A program made the position numbers and the translations under genes. The notes beneath the pieces are model-generated. The model made no database searches. It worked only from the letters and a program-made list of their open reading frames with translations, and was not told the DNA's origin. Source: an uncultured Myxococcales bacterium (GTDB lineage: Bacteria > Myxococcota_A > UBA9042 > CAIXZC01). From it: a stretch of 53,809 nt of DNA. The DNA is taken from assembly GCA_903923815.1 (NCBI GenBank), contig CAIXZC010000445.1, positions 1 to 53,809 on the forward strand, in the 5' to 3' direction. This document shows positions 46,165 through 53,809 of this stretch, piece by piece (the first letter of the stretch is position 1; each line of letters starts with the position of its first letter).

Positions 46165-47788
46165 CTGTGGCCAGGGCCAGCAGCAGGATGGTGATGGGGG
46201 CGGGTTGGGGGCTGGTCTGGCAGCCTCCTCCCCCGCTGCCCCCACCGCCAACGGGTTTGGTGTCGGCGGCCTGGACGTCGCCGTCGGTGCTGCCTCCGTC
46301 CCCGGTGTCCGGGGCCGGGCTGGTGGTGTCCATGGGGAAGTTCCAGGTGGCGTAGCGGGGGCACTCGCCGCTGGGCTCCAGGATGCGGCCGTCCTTGCCG
46401 ATGCCGGGTTGGCAGCGGTGGGCGCGGTCCAGGTTGAAGCGCAGGGTCTCGCCCTTGGCGATGGGGGCGTCCTCGAAGTTCTGCCAGCCCCAGCAGGGGC
46501 CCTCGCAGGGGCCCTCGTCCAGGAAGCCGACGTGCAGGCTGAAGGTGCCGTCCTGCAGACCCACCACGGTCAGTTCCTGGCGGTCGTCGGGGACGAAGAC
46601 CAGCTTGCCGGCGGCGTTGTCCTCCTCGGGGACGGGCAGGAAGCTCCAGCGGCCGGGGTGCTTCTGCTTGATGGTGTAGGCGCCGTCGGCGTAGCCCAGG
46701 ACCTTGTTGTCGCGGTCGGTGAAGGCCAGCTCCACGGGGCTCTCCACGACCACCATGAGGGGGCTGCCGTCGGTGGGGGCGGCCACGGAGTTGCCGTAGC
46801 CCTCGGCGGGGTAGGGCAGGTGGGGGATGTGGGTGGGGTAGGGGGCCGTGTAGCCCTCGGGGACGTTCTGGGTGAAGTTGGTGGTGTCCGTGGTGGGCAT
46901 GCCGAACAGCAGCTTCCATTCCAGGATGGTGTAGGCGCGGGGGCGCTGGGTGGGCCAGGGGTCCAGCAGCAGGCCTTCCTGCATCCAGGTCTCCACGGTG
47001 GGCCACAGGACGGCGGCGAAGTGGCGCAGGCGCGGGCCCAGGGCGAGGCTTTGCACGGGGCCGTACTCCAGGCCGTTGAACAGCCAGGCCTTGTAGGGGT
47101 CAGCGCGCAGACGGTTCAGCAGGTCCAGCACCTGGCCCTGGCAGGTCATGGAGGGCAGATGCTGCTGCCACCAGGGGTCCTCGTGCTGGAAGAAGCGGGC
47201 GTAGAAGAAGCCGCTGCCCACGGGGGTCTCGGGGTTCAGGACCAGGTCCTCCAGCCACTGGTGCCAGCCGCCCCGGGGGCCCTGGACCTCGTAGACGCCC
47301 AGGATGCGCGCGCGGTTGTCCACCACCTCCCAGTCCTGGGTCGTCTGCACGCCGCCGTAGCTGGCGTTGATGGTGACCACGGTGGGCTGGGGGCTGAGGG
47401 TCCACAGGTCCTGAGCGATGACGTAGAGGCGCGGCGTGAGGCCGTCCTCCCCGGTGGTGGCCGTCAGTTGGGTCTTCCCCGTGCCCACGGCATCCTTGGC
47501 CTCCGCCAACCCCCAGAAGGAGGCGCCGGCGCTGTCCAGGGTTACCTGGGCGGCGGCCAGGGGGGTGCCCTCCGGCGTCAGGACCTGGACGCGCAGGGGC
47601 AAGGCGCTGCGGCCGAACAGGGTGGCCACGGATGGGTCCACGGCAAGCTCTGTGGGGCCGGCGTGCTGGGCCACGGTCATGAGGGCGGGCTCGGGCAGCA
47701 CCTGCACCTTGGGACCCGCCGCGCGGGCGCCAAAGGACAGCAGCAGGGCACAGCCCAGGGACAGGGCGAAGAGGCCAACGCGAGTCAT
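46127..47788 (-). CDS. secreted protein with MYXO-CTERM-like C-terminal sorting tail
   Basis: Signal peptide MTRVGLFALSLGCALLLSFGARAAG. The C-terminus GGGSGGGGCQTSPQPAPITILLLALATALALNRRSRAKK has a Gly-rich stretch, an invariant-type Cys, a TM helix and a basic cluster. GGAG precedes the ATG at 47788. Confidence 0.7.
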   Translation of the reverse strand: MTRVGLFALSLGCALLLSFGARAAGPKVQVLPEPALMTVAQHAGPTELAVDPSVATLFGRSALPLRVQVLTPEGTPLAAAQVTLDSAGASFWGLAEAKDAVGTGKTQLTATTGEDGLTPRLYVIAQDLWTLSPQPTVVTINASYGGVQTTQDWEVVDNRARILGVYEVQGPRGGWHQWLEDLVLNPETPVGSGFFYARFFQHEDPWWQQHLPSMTCQGQVLDLLNRLRADPYKAWLFNGLEYGPVQSLALGPRLRHFAAVLWPTVETWMQEGLLLDPWPTQRPRAYTILEWKLLFGMPTTDTTNFTQNVPEGYTAPYPTHIPHLPYPAEGYGNSVAAPTDGSPLMVVVESPVELAFTDRDNKVLGYADGAYTIKQKHPGRWSFLPVPEEDNAAGKLVFVPDDRQELTVVGLQDGTFSLHVGFLDEGPCEGPCWGWQNFEDAPIAKGETLRFNLDRAHRCQPGIGKDGRILEPSGECPRYATWNFPMDTTSPAPDTGDGGSTDGDVQAADTKPVGGGGSGGGGCQTSPQPAPITILLLALATALALNRRSRAKK

Positions 47789-47826
47789 GGCTGACTCCAT
47801 TCAAATGAACAGTGGCGGGAATGATA

Positions 47827-50301
47827 TCAGATAAAAAGGTTGGTGGAAGAACCTGACGCGCTGCCCAGGTAGTCGGCCACGCCGGCCACTTCAATGCCGT
47901 CCACCAGTTCCTCCGGGTGGATGCCCATGACGTCCATGCTCATGGCGCAGGCCACCATGCGCACGCCGCCCTTCTGGGCCATGGCGATGAGCTCGGGCAG
48001 GGTGTTGACCCGCTTGGACTTCATGATGCCCTTCATCATGGCGGTGCCCATACCGGCCATGTGCATCTTGGAGAGGACCAGCTTGTTGGGGCCCCGCGGC
48101 ATCATGAAGCCGAACATGCGCTCCAACAGATTCTTGTGGACGGGGACGGCGTTGTCGCGGCGCAGGATGTTCAGCCCCCAGAAGGTGAAGAACATGGTGA
48201 CGGGCATGCCCATGGCGGCGCTGCCGTTGGCGATGATGAAGGCGGCCAGGGCGCGGTCCAGGTCGTTGGAGAACACCACCATGGTGGTGCCCGCTTCCTT
48301 GCCGGGGATCTTGGGGCGGCAGTTGGCGCCAGGGGTCACCGAGGCGGTCTTCTCCAGCAGGGCCACGTAGGCGCCGCCTTCGCTTTTGACCTCAATGAGC
48401 TTGTTGCCCGTGCAGGCGGCCCAGGCGGGGATGTCCTTGGCGAAGCCCGGGTCCGAGGCGCGCACCCGCAGGCGGCCACCCAGGGGCAGGCCGTCCATGG
48501 CCTCCTTGACCTTCACGATGGGGCCGGGGCACTGCAGGCCGCAGGCGTCCAGCTTGATCTCGCCGGCGCTTGAGGTGGCTGAGGGGGCCGCGGGGGCGGG
48601 CTGGGCCAGGGGCCGCGGCTGGGCGGGGAGGGCACCGCCGGGGAAGCCCTTGCCCGTGGCGCTGTCAAAGGCAAAGGAGCGCTGCATGCCATCGGGGTAG
48701 AAGGCCCGCCAGGTGCGGTAGCCGCCCATGAGGTTGCTGACCTTGAAGCCGTGCTGGACCAGATGCCGGGCGGCGATGTAGCCGCGCAGGCCCACGGCGC
48801 AGTAGATGACGATGGGGCGCCCGACGGGCAGCTCGGACTCACGGTCTCGCAGCTCGTCCACGGGGATGTGCAGGGACCCTGGGATGGTGCCGGCGGCCTG
48901 CTCTTCCACGGTGCGCACGTCCAGCAGGACTGCGTCCGCGGGGATGGCGTCGGGCTGGGTGGCCACGAAGTCGCCGCGCAGCAGGTTGGAGGCAATGAAG
49001 CCCGTGACGTTGACGGGGTGCTTGGCGTTGCCCCACTGGGGGGAGTAGGCCAGCTCCAGGTGCTCCAGATCCTGGACCTTCAGGTTGGCGCGCAGGGCCG
49101 TGGCGAAGACGTTGATGAGGCTGTCGATGCCCTCGCCGCCCACCACCTGGGCGCCCAGGATGCGGCCGTCGTCCTGGAACAGCAGCTTGATGGACACGGG
49201 GGCCGCGCCGGGGTAGTAGCCGGGGTGCTGCATGGGGTGCAGGTAGACCTTGCGGAACTTGAGCTGCTTCTGGACGGCCCACTTCTCGTTCAGGCCCGTG
49301 GCCGCGGCGGAGAGGTTGAAGACCTTGATGATGGCCGTGCCCTGGGTGTCGCGGTAGGCGGAGTCGCGGCCGCAGATGTGGTCCGCGGCGATGCGGCCCT
49401 GTCGATTGGCGGGGCCCGCCAGGGGGGCCACGATGGGGTCCCGGCTGATGACGTCGCGGGTGGCGATGACGTCCCCCACGGCGTAGATGTCGGGGTCACT
49501 GGTGCGCAGGTGCTGGTCCACCGCGATGTGGTTGCGGAAGCCCAGCGCCAGCCCCGCCTCGGAGGCCAGGCCCGAGAGGGGCAGCACGCCGATGGCGAAG
49601 ACCACGAAGTCGGCCTCAAGCTGGCGGCCGTCATCCAGCAGGATGCGGGTACCGTCCAGGGCCTTGACGCTGACGCCCAGGTGCAGGTGGATGCCGTTCA
49701 GCTCCAGCTCGTCGGCCAGGCCCCGGGCCATCTCGGGGTCGAAGGGGGGCATGACCTGGGGGGCCTTCTCCACCATGCTGACGTCCAGGCCCAGGTGGCG
49801 CAGGTTCTCGGCCACTTCAATGCCGATGAAGCCGCCGCCGATGACGCAGGCGCGCTTGCTGCCTTCCGCAGCTTGGCGGATGGAGTCCATGTCCTGGAGG
49901 GTGTTCAGGACGAAGGCGCGGGCAGTGTCCACGCCGGGGACGGAGGGCACAAACGACGGGGCGCCGGGGGACAGGACCAGCTTGTCGTAGGGGTGGTCCT
50001 CCAGGGCGCCGGTGGCCAGGTTCTTGACCCTGACGGTCTTGGCCTTGGGGTTGATGGAGACCACCTCGTGCTGGACGCGCACGTCCAGGTTGTAGCGCTT
50101 GGCCAGACTGGTGGGGGTGTGCAGCATCAGGGCCTTGCGGTCGCTGATGACGCCGCTGAGATGGTAGGGCATGCCGCAGTTGGCGAAGGACACCTCGCGG
50201 CCCTTCTCAAAGACGATGATCTGGGCGTTCTCGTCCAAACGGCGAAGGCGGGCCGCGCAGCTCATTCCACCGGCAACTCCGCCAACAATGATGACCTTCA
50301 T
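47827..50301 (-). CDS. CoA-disulfide/persulfide reductase-like flavoprotein fused to rhodanese, TusA-like and DsrE-like domains
   Basis: FAD motif VIIVGGVAGG and redox Cys in SFANCGMPYH. Rhodanese loop YCAVGLRGY. TusA motif CGLQCPGPIV. C-terminal DsrE/DrsE-like segment (TTMVVFSNDLDRALAAFIIANG...). Confidence 0.85.
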   Translation of the reverse strand: MKVIIVGGVAGGMSCAARLRRLDENAQIIVFEKGREVSFANCGMPYHLSGVISDRKALMLHTPTSLAKRYNLDVRVQHEVVSINPKAKTVRVKNLATGALEDHPYDKLVLSPGAPSFVPSVPGVDTARAFVLNTLQDMDSIRQAAEGSKRACVIGGGFIGIEVAENLRHLGLDVSMVEKAPQVMPPFDPEMARGLADELELNGIHLHLGVSVKALDGTRILLDDGRQLEADFVVFAIGVLPLSGLASEAGLALGFRNHIAVDQHLRTSDPDIYAVGDVIATRDVISRDPIVAPLAGPANRQGRIAADHICGRDSAYRDTQGTAIIKVFNLSAAATGLNEKWAVQKQLKFRKVYLHPMQHPGYYPGAAPVSIKLLFQDDGRILGAQVVGGEGIDSLINVFATALRANLKVQDLEHLELAYSPQWGNAKHPVNVTGFIASNLLRGDFVATQPDAIPADAVLLDVRTVEEQAAGTIPGSLHIPVDELRDRESELPVGRPIVIYCAVGLRGYIAARHLVQHGFKVSNLMGGYRTWRAFYPDGMQRSFAFDSATGKGFPGGALPAQPRPLAQPAPAAPSATSSAGEIKLDACGLQCPGPIVKVKEAMDGLPLGGRLRVRASDPGFAKDIPAWAACTGNKLIEVKSEGGAYVALLEKTASVTPGANCRPKIPGKEAGTTMVVFSNDLDRALAAFIIANGSAAMGMPVTMFFTFWGLNILRRDNAVPVHKNLLERMFGFMMPRGPNKLVLSKMHMAGMGTAMMKGIMKSKRVNTLPELIAMAQKGGVRMVACAMSMDVMGIHPEELVDGIEVAGVADYLGSASGSSTNLFI

Positions 50302-50379
50302 GAACAGACCTCCTGGGCTGGTTTGGGGCCCTTTGCGTGCGTGTGGAGCCAGGAATGGAGGGAAGGTTACAGGTGGGAG

Positions 50380-51783
50380 CTATTCTTTGTTGCCGTAGTA
50401 GCGTTCACAGGTCTTGGCCAGCAGTTCGCCGCGCTCCACGATGGTGCCGAAGTAGATCATGTCCTCCACTGTCAGGAAGGTGTAGCCCTGCTCTTTTAGC
50501 ATGGCCATGACCCGCGGCAGGGTGTCGGCGGTGAAGCGGGGGCCGGCATGCATCAGGACGATGTCGCCGGGCTCGACCCTCTCGGTGAGGCACTTCAGCA
50601 TGGCCTCGGTGGAGGCGTGGGTCTCGCGCCAGTCCTTGGGATCCATGTTGGCTCGGAAGTCGTGGGAGTAGCCGGCCTGGTTGAGGGCGGCGGCCAGCCA
50701 GGGGGCGTCGGAGAAGGCAGGGCTTCTGAAGTAGGGGCGCATGTCGTGGCCGTTCATCGCCTCCAGGGCTTCGTCACCGCGGGTGAGTTCCAGCACGGTG
50801 TCGGCCTTCTTGGTGCCGATGGTGTGGGAGAAGCTGTGGTTTCCCAGCTTGTGACCGTCGTGGATCAGGCGGCTGATGGTGGCGGACTTGAGGGCCCCGT
50901 TGTCCAGGTAGAGGCCGTTGATGAAGAAGGTGGCCCGGGCGTTGAAGGCCTTGAGGGTGTCCAGCAACTCCATGGTGGCCTGGTCGTTGTAGCCGTCGTC
51001 GAAGGTGAGCGCGATGACCTTGGCCTTGGTCTTGAAGTTCATGACCTGGATGGAGTGGCCGCAGGCGTCCCCCAGACCATTGCCGTCGCTGTCCTTCTGG
51101 TCCGGGTTGGGGGTCATGGGGCAATTGTCCACGCAGCCGGTCGTCTGGCCGTCGGAGCAGTGCTTGATGGGGCCGTGGTTGGGGATGCCGTCACGGTCGG
51201 CGTCCAGGATGCCCACGCAGATGCCCTCCACGCAGGTGTCGTCGGGGGTGAGGGCGATGCCGTCGTCACAGGCCGCTGTGGTGGGGGTGTAGGTGCAGCC
51301 CGTGGCGGGCGCGCAGGAGTCCTGGGTGCAGGGGTTGCTGTCCTCGCAGGAGATGGGGTCCTGGGCGCACTGGCCAGCCCGGCAGGAGCCCTTGTGGCAG
51401 ATGTCCTGGTTGGGGCACAGACCTTCGCCGGGATCGTGGACCACGCCCTTGTCGGGGTCACAGCGGTCCACGGTGCAGATGTTGGAGTCGTCCACGCTTT
51501 TGCCGCCGTTGGCGAAGTCGGTGCCGTCCTCATTGCACAGGGTGCACCACCAACGGCCGGAGGCGACCCATTTGCCGGGGGCGCAACGGGCCTTGCCGCC
51601 AGCGGTCCCAACGGAGCCACCACCGACGGCCTCGGTCTGTCCGGCAGACGCAACCTGATGTCGCCCCGAGGGCATGGCACCAACGCTGGAGTCGGCCATC
51701 AGCTTGGGGTTGTCGTTGCAGCCCGCCAGCAGCAGCCCGAGGAGCGGCGCCAGAAGGGTGGCGATACGTCTTGAACGCGACAT
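50380..51783 (-). CDS. lipoprotein polysaccharide deacetylase (NodB homology domain) with Cys-rich and TSP3-like N-terminal region
   Basis: Lipobox LLGLLLAGC. Cys-rich region of about 190 aa including DADRDGIPN and DNCPMTPNPDQKDSDGNGLGDAC. NodB motifs LTFDDGY and NHSFSH. GGAGG RBS before the ATG at 51783. Confidence 0.8.
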   Translation of the reverse strand: MSRSRRIATLLAPLLGLLLAGCNDNPKLMADSSVGAMPSGRHQVASAGQTEAVGGGSVGTAGGKARCAPGKWVASGRWWCTLCNEDGTDFANGGKSVDDSNICTVDRCDPDKGVVHDPGEGLCPNQDICHKGSCRAGQCAQDPISCEDSNPCTQDSCAPATGCTYTPTTAACDDGIALTPDDTCVEGICVGILDADRDGIPNHGPIKHCSDGQTTGCVDNCPMTPNPDQKDSDGNGLGDACGHSIQVMNFKTKAKVIALTFDDGYNDQATMELLDTLKAFNARATFFINGLYLDNGALKSATISRLIHDGHKLGNHSFSHTIGTKKADTVLELTRGDEALEAMNGHDMRPYFRSPAFSDAPWLAAALNQAGYSHDFRANMDPKDWRETHASTEAMLKCLTERVEPGDIVLMHAGPRFTADTLPRVMAMLKEQGYTFLTVEDMIYFGTIVERGELLAKTCERYYGNKE

Positions 51784-51912
51784 GTTCAACGCCTCCAGTG
51801 GTACGGGGAGCGTAGGCCCCAAACGCGTGTAATCTAATGCGGACGGTGCGCGGTGGCAACAGGTTGCAGCGGCGAGCGTGGCGGGGCAGGGGCGGTCAGG
51901 GGGTGCCAGGCC

Positions 51913-52383
51913 TCACCTGGGGCTCTCCATGAACATCAGGACACTGTTGGTCCCGCGGTCGGCGGCGGCCAGTTCCTGTTGCAGGCTTTGGACCATGCAG
52001 GCGGAGGAGCCGTCGGTACCGCAGTAGAAGATTACGGCCTGCAGCAGGTAGTCGGTGCCCGGTGCCAGGGAGGGCATGGCGGCGCGGCCGCTGGCCAGAC
52101 TTGCCGAGCTCTTGCGGTCCACCAGGTCCCAGCCTTGGGCGGCCTTGCGGTAGACCGTCAGTCGGGAAGGGGCCTCGGGATTGACCTTCCAGCCCTGGGC
52201 CAGGACCACCTCGAAGGTCCAGGGGTGGCCCGCGGCCAGGGTCACGGGGAACTCGCGCTTTTCATTGGGCAGGGTGGTGGCCGGGGGGCAGCAGTCGGCG
52301 GTGCCGGAGGAGGCAGTGGAGGGCAGCAGACCAGCCAGGGAGAGGGCCAGGAACCAGACGGCAAGGGTGCGGGTGGTCTTCAT
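51913..52383 (-). CDS. hypothetical small secreted protein
   Basis: Signal peptide MKTTRTLAVWFLALSLAGLL. About 156 aa with a CC pair and a YCGTDGSSAC pair. GGAG RBS. A DsbD-N/DsbC-like fold is only a weak impression. Confidence 0.5.
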   Translation of the reverse strand: MKTTRTLAVWFLALSLAGLLPSTASSGTADCCPPATTLPNEKREFPVTLAAGHPWTFEVVLAQGWKVNPEAPSRLTVYRKAAQGWDLVDRKSSASLASGRAAMPSLAPGTDYLLQAVIFYCGTDGSSACMVQSLQQELAAADRGTNSVLMFMESPR

Positions 52384-52489
52384 CGTGATGCTCCATTCCA
52401 TAAAACCCCTCAGGCGAGGGCGCCGGCGTGATAGAGGCGGGCAGCCCCGGGTTGGTTACACAGTTTTCCTTTTGCCCGGCGCCAACCTG

Positions 52490-53809
52490 TTGCAGACTGG
52501 GGCTCCATTCCTGGTTTGGGAGGCCTGCCTGAAGACCATCCGCTTTACCCCCCGGGGGCTGGAGTTGCTGGCCCTGGCGCTGTTGGCTGTCGTCATGGTG
52601 GACGCGGCGGCGGCGTTGTGGCGGCTGTGGGCGTTCACCACGGACGACGCCTACATCTCCCTGCGTTACGCGCGCAACCTGGCGCGTGGGTTGGGGCCGG
52701 TGTTCAACGCTGGGGCAGTGCCGGTGGAGGGCTACTCGAACTTTCTGCAGGTGGCCCTGGGGGCGCTGTGGCACCTGTCGGGGCTGGACCCCGTGCAGGG
52801 GATGAAGCTGCTGGGGGGTGGGGCCCTGTTGGCGTGCCTGCCCGTGCTGTGGCTGTTCGGGCGGCTGTGGTTGGGCCCGCTGCCGGCGCTGCTGCCGGTG
52901 GTGTTGGTGGCGGGGCACCGGGGGGCGCTGTGGTGGGCGGTCAGCGGGTTGGAGACGCCGCTGTTCCTGCTGCTGCTGCTGGCGGGGGCGTGGTTGTGGG
53001 TGAGGGGGCTGGGGGGAGAGGGGCTGGGGCCGCTTGCTGAGGCGCGGGGCGCGGGCGGGCGGCGTCGGTCATTGCTGGTTGCGGGGCTGCTGCTGGGCCT
53101 GGCGGCCATCACGCGCGCCGAGGGCATAGTGCCGGTGGGGCTGCTGTTGGTCGGGGGGCTGGTTTGGCGACGGGGGGGCGGGCCCTGGCGCGGGGCGGCG
53201 TTGCTGGCCTTCGCCATCTGGGGGGCCTGGTTCCTGTGGCGCTGGTGGTACTACGGCAGCCTTCTGCCCAACAGCGTGCTGTGCAAGGGGGCGGGCGGCT
53301 TCCCGTCGTGGGTGGTGGTGACGGCGTACCTGGGCCAGTACTGGTACCTGGTGCTGCTGGCCCTGGGGGTGCTGTGGCCCGCGCAGGGCGGGGACGGAGG
53401 ACGCCCGGGAGGTGGTGGGCAAAGCGGGGACGGAGGACGCCCGGGAGGTGCTTGGCTGCTGCTGGCGCCGGCGTTGGCGTACTTCCCGATCCTGGCGCGG
53501 GTGGACCCCATCCTGGCCCACATGGACCGCTACCTGTTGCCCGCCCACGCCCTGCTGGGGTTGGCTGCGGGGGTCTTTCTGGGGCGCCTGCCGGAGCTGC
53601 TGAAGATCCGGGGGAACGCCATGGTGGCGACCCTGTTGTTCATGGCGCCGCTGGTGGCGCTGGATGGCCGGGTGGGGGAGGGGGACCGGCGGGGGCTGGA
53701 AGAGGCTGCGCGCTTCTACCAGGGCCGCATGGAATTGCGCGGTCAGGTGGGGGCCTATCTGCATCAGCGCCTGGCGCCGGGGCAGGCCTTCCTGGTGGGG
53801 GACGCGGGC
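52490..53809 (+). CDS. polytopic membrane protein, GT-C-type glycosyltransferase-like (3' partial, start uncertain)
   Basis: The open frame runs to the window end and is therefore absent from the ORF track. First TM LELLALALLAVVMV is followed by a TTDDAYISLRYARNL loop motif typical of GT-C enzymes. Many Trp/Leu-rich TM segments. Candidate starts are the TTG at 52490 or the CTG at 52529, which follows GGGAGG. Confidence 0.55.
   Translation, partial: MQTGAPFLVWEACLKTIRFTPRGLELLALALLAVVMVDAAAALWRLWAFTTDDAYISLRYARNLARGLGPVFNAGAVPVEGYSNFLQVALGALWHLSGLDPVQGMKLLGGGALLACLPVLWLFGRLWLGPLPALLPVVLVAGHRGALWWAVSGLETPLFLLLLLAGAWLWVRGLGGEGLGPLAEARGAGGRRRSLLVAGLLLGLAAITRAEGIVPVGLLLVGGLVWRRGGGPWRGAALLAFAIWGAWFLWRWWYYGSLLPNSVLCKGAGGFPSWVVVTAYLGQYWYLVLLALGVLWPAQGGDGGRPGGGGQSGDGGRPGGAWLLLAPALAYFPILARVDPILAHMDRYLLPAHALLGLAAGVFLGRLPELLKIRGNAMVATLLFMAPLVALDGRVGEGDRRGLEEAARFYQGRMELRGQVGAYLHQRLAPGQAFLVGDAG
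53388..53450 (+). repeat. in-frame duplicated 27-nt element gcggggacggaggacgcccgggaggtg (36-nt period)
   Basis: Perfect copies at 53388-53414 and 53424-53450, encoding GGDGGRPGG..GDGGRPGG in a loop of the membrane protein. They contain the GGGGACGGAGG core. Confidence 0.85.

Noticed and set aside
51854-51868. TGGCAA-N4-TTGCA sigma-54-like sequence on the + strand.
   Set aside because: The spacing is one nucleotide short of the strict GG-N10-GC rule, and no + strand gene lies downstream.

Overview
GC-rich window of about 54 kb with strong third-position GC bias. It looks like a chromosomal segment from a Myxococcota-type genome, based on a MYXO-CTERM-like sorting tail, MopE-like Cys-rich repeats and a gspC-to-gspN gene order. 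I found no rRNA, tRNA, CRISPR array or prophage. Contents from left to right: (1) two hypothetical lipoprotein genes, then a REP-associated tyrosine transposase (RayT-like) next to a cluster of GGGGACGGAGGC-type REP-like repeats. (2) Two tandem phosphofructokinase paralogs with PPi-type signatures, translationally coupled to an orphan sigma-54 enhancer-binding response regulator. (3) A PAS-PAS-GGDEF diguanylate cyclase, a sodium:solute symporter and a small outer-membrane barrel gene whose signal peptide lies in a different reading frame. (4) A complete type II secretion system, gspC-D-E-F-G-H-I-J-K-L-M-N, preceded by a near-consensus sigma-54 promoter. It runs without a break into a DUF4175-like / HExxH protein / MoxR / DUF58 / BatA-N-type module, giving about 24 kb and 17 tightly coupled same-strand genes. 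(5) A convergent PstS-like binding protein / histidine kinase / LuxR-type regulator / TonB-dependent receptor operon. (6) Two near-identical tandem lipoproteins (MopE-like Cys-rich region plus beta-propeller-like region), followed by class II fructose-bisphosphate aldolase. (7) A minus-strand block encoding a small secreted protein, a Cys-rich/TSP3 polysaccharide deacetylase, a CoA-disulfide-reductase-rhodanese-TusA-DsrE fusion and a MYXO-CTERM-tailed protein. (8) A partial GT-C-like membrane glycosyltransferase. The most notable observations are the T2SS-to-MoxR/Bat-like super-operon, the mosaic lipoprotein pair, the REP-like repeat family that also appears as in-frame tandem insertions inside two coding regions, and a 77-bp tandem duplication across a stop codon. 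All family assignments come from motif recognition by eye; no database search was run.
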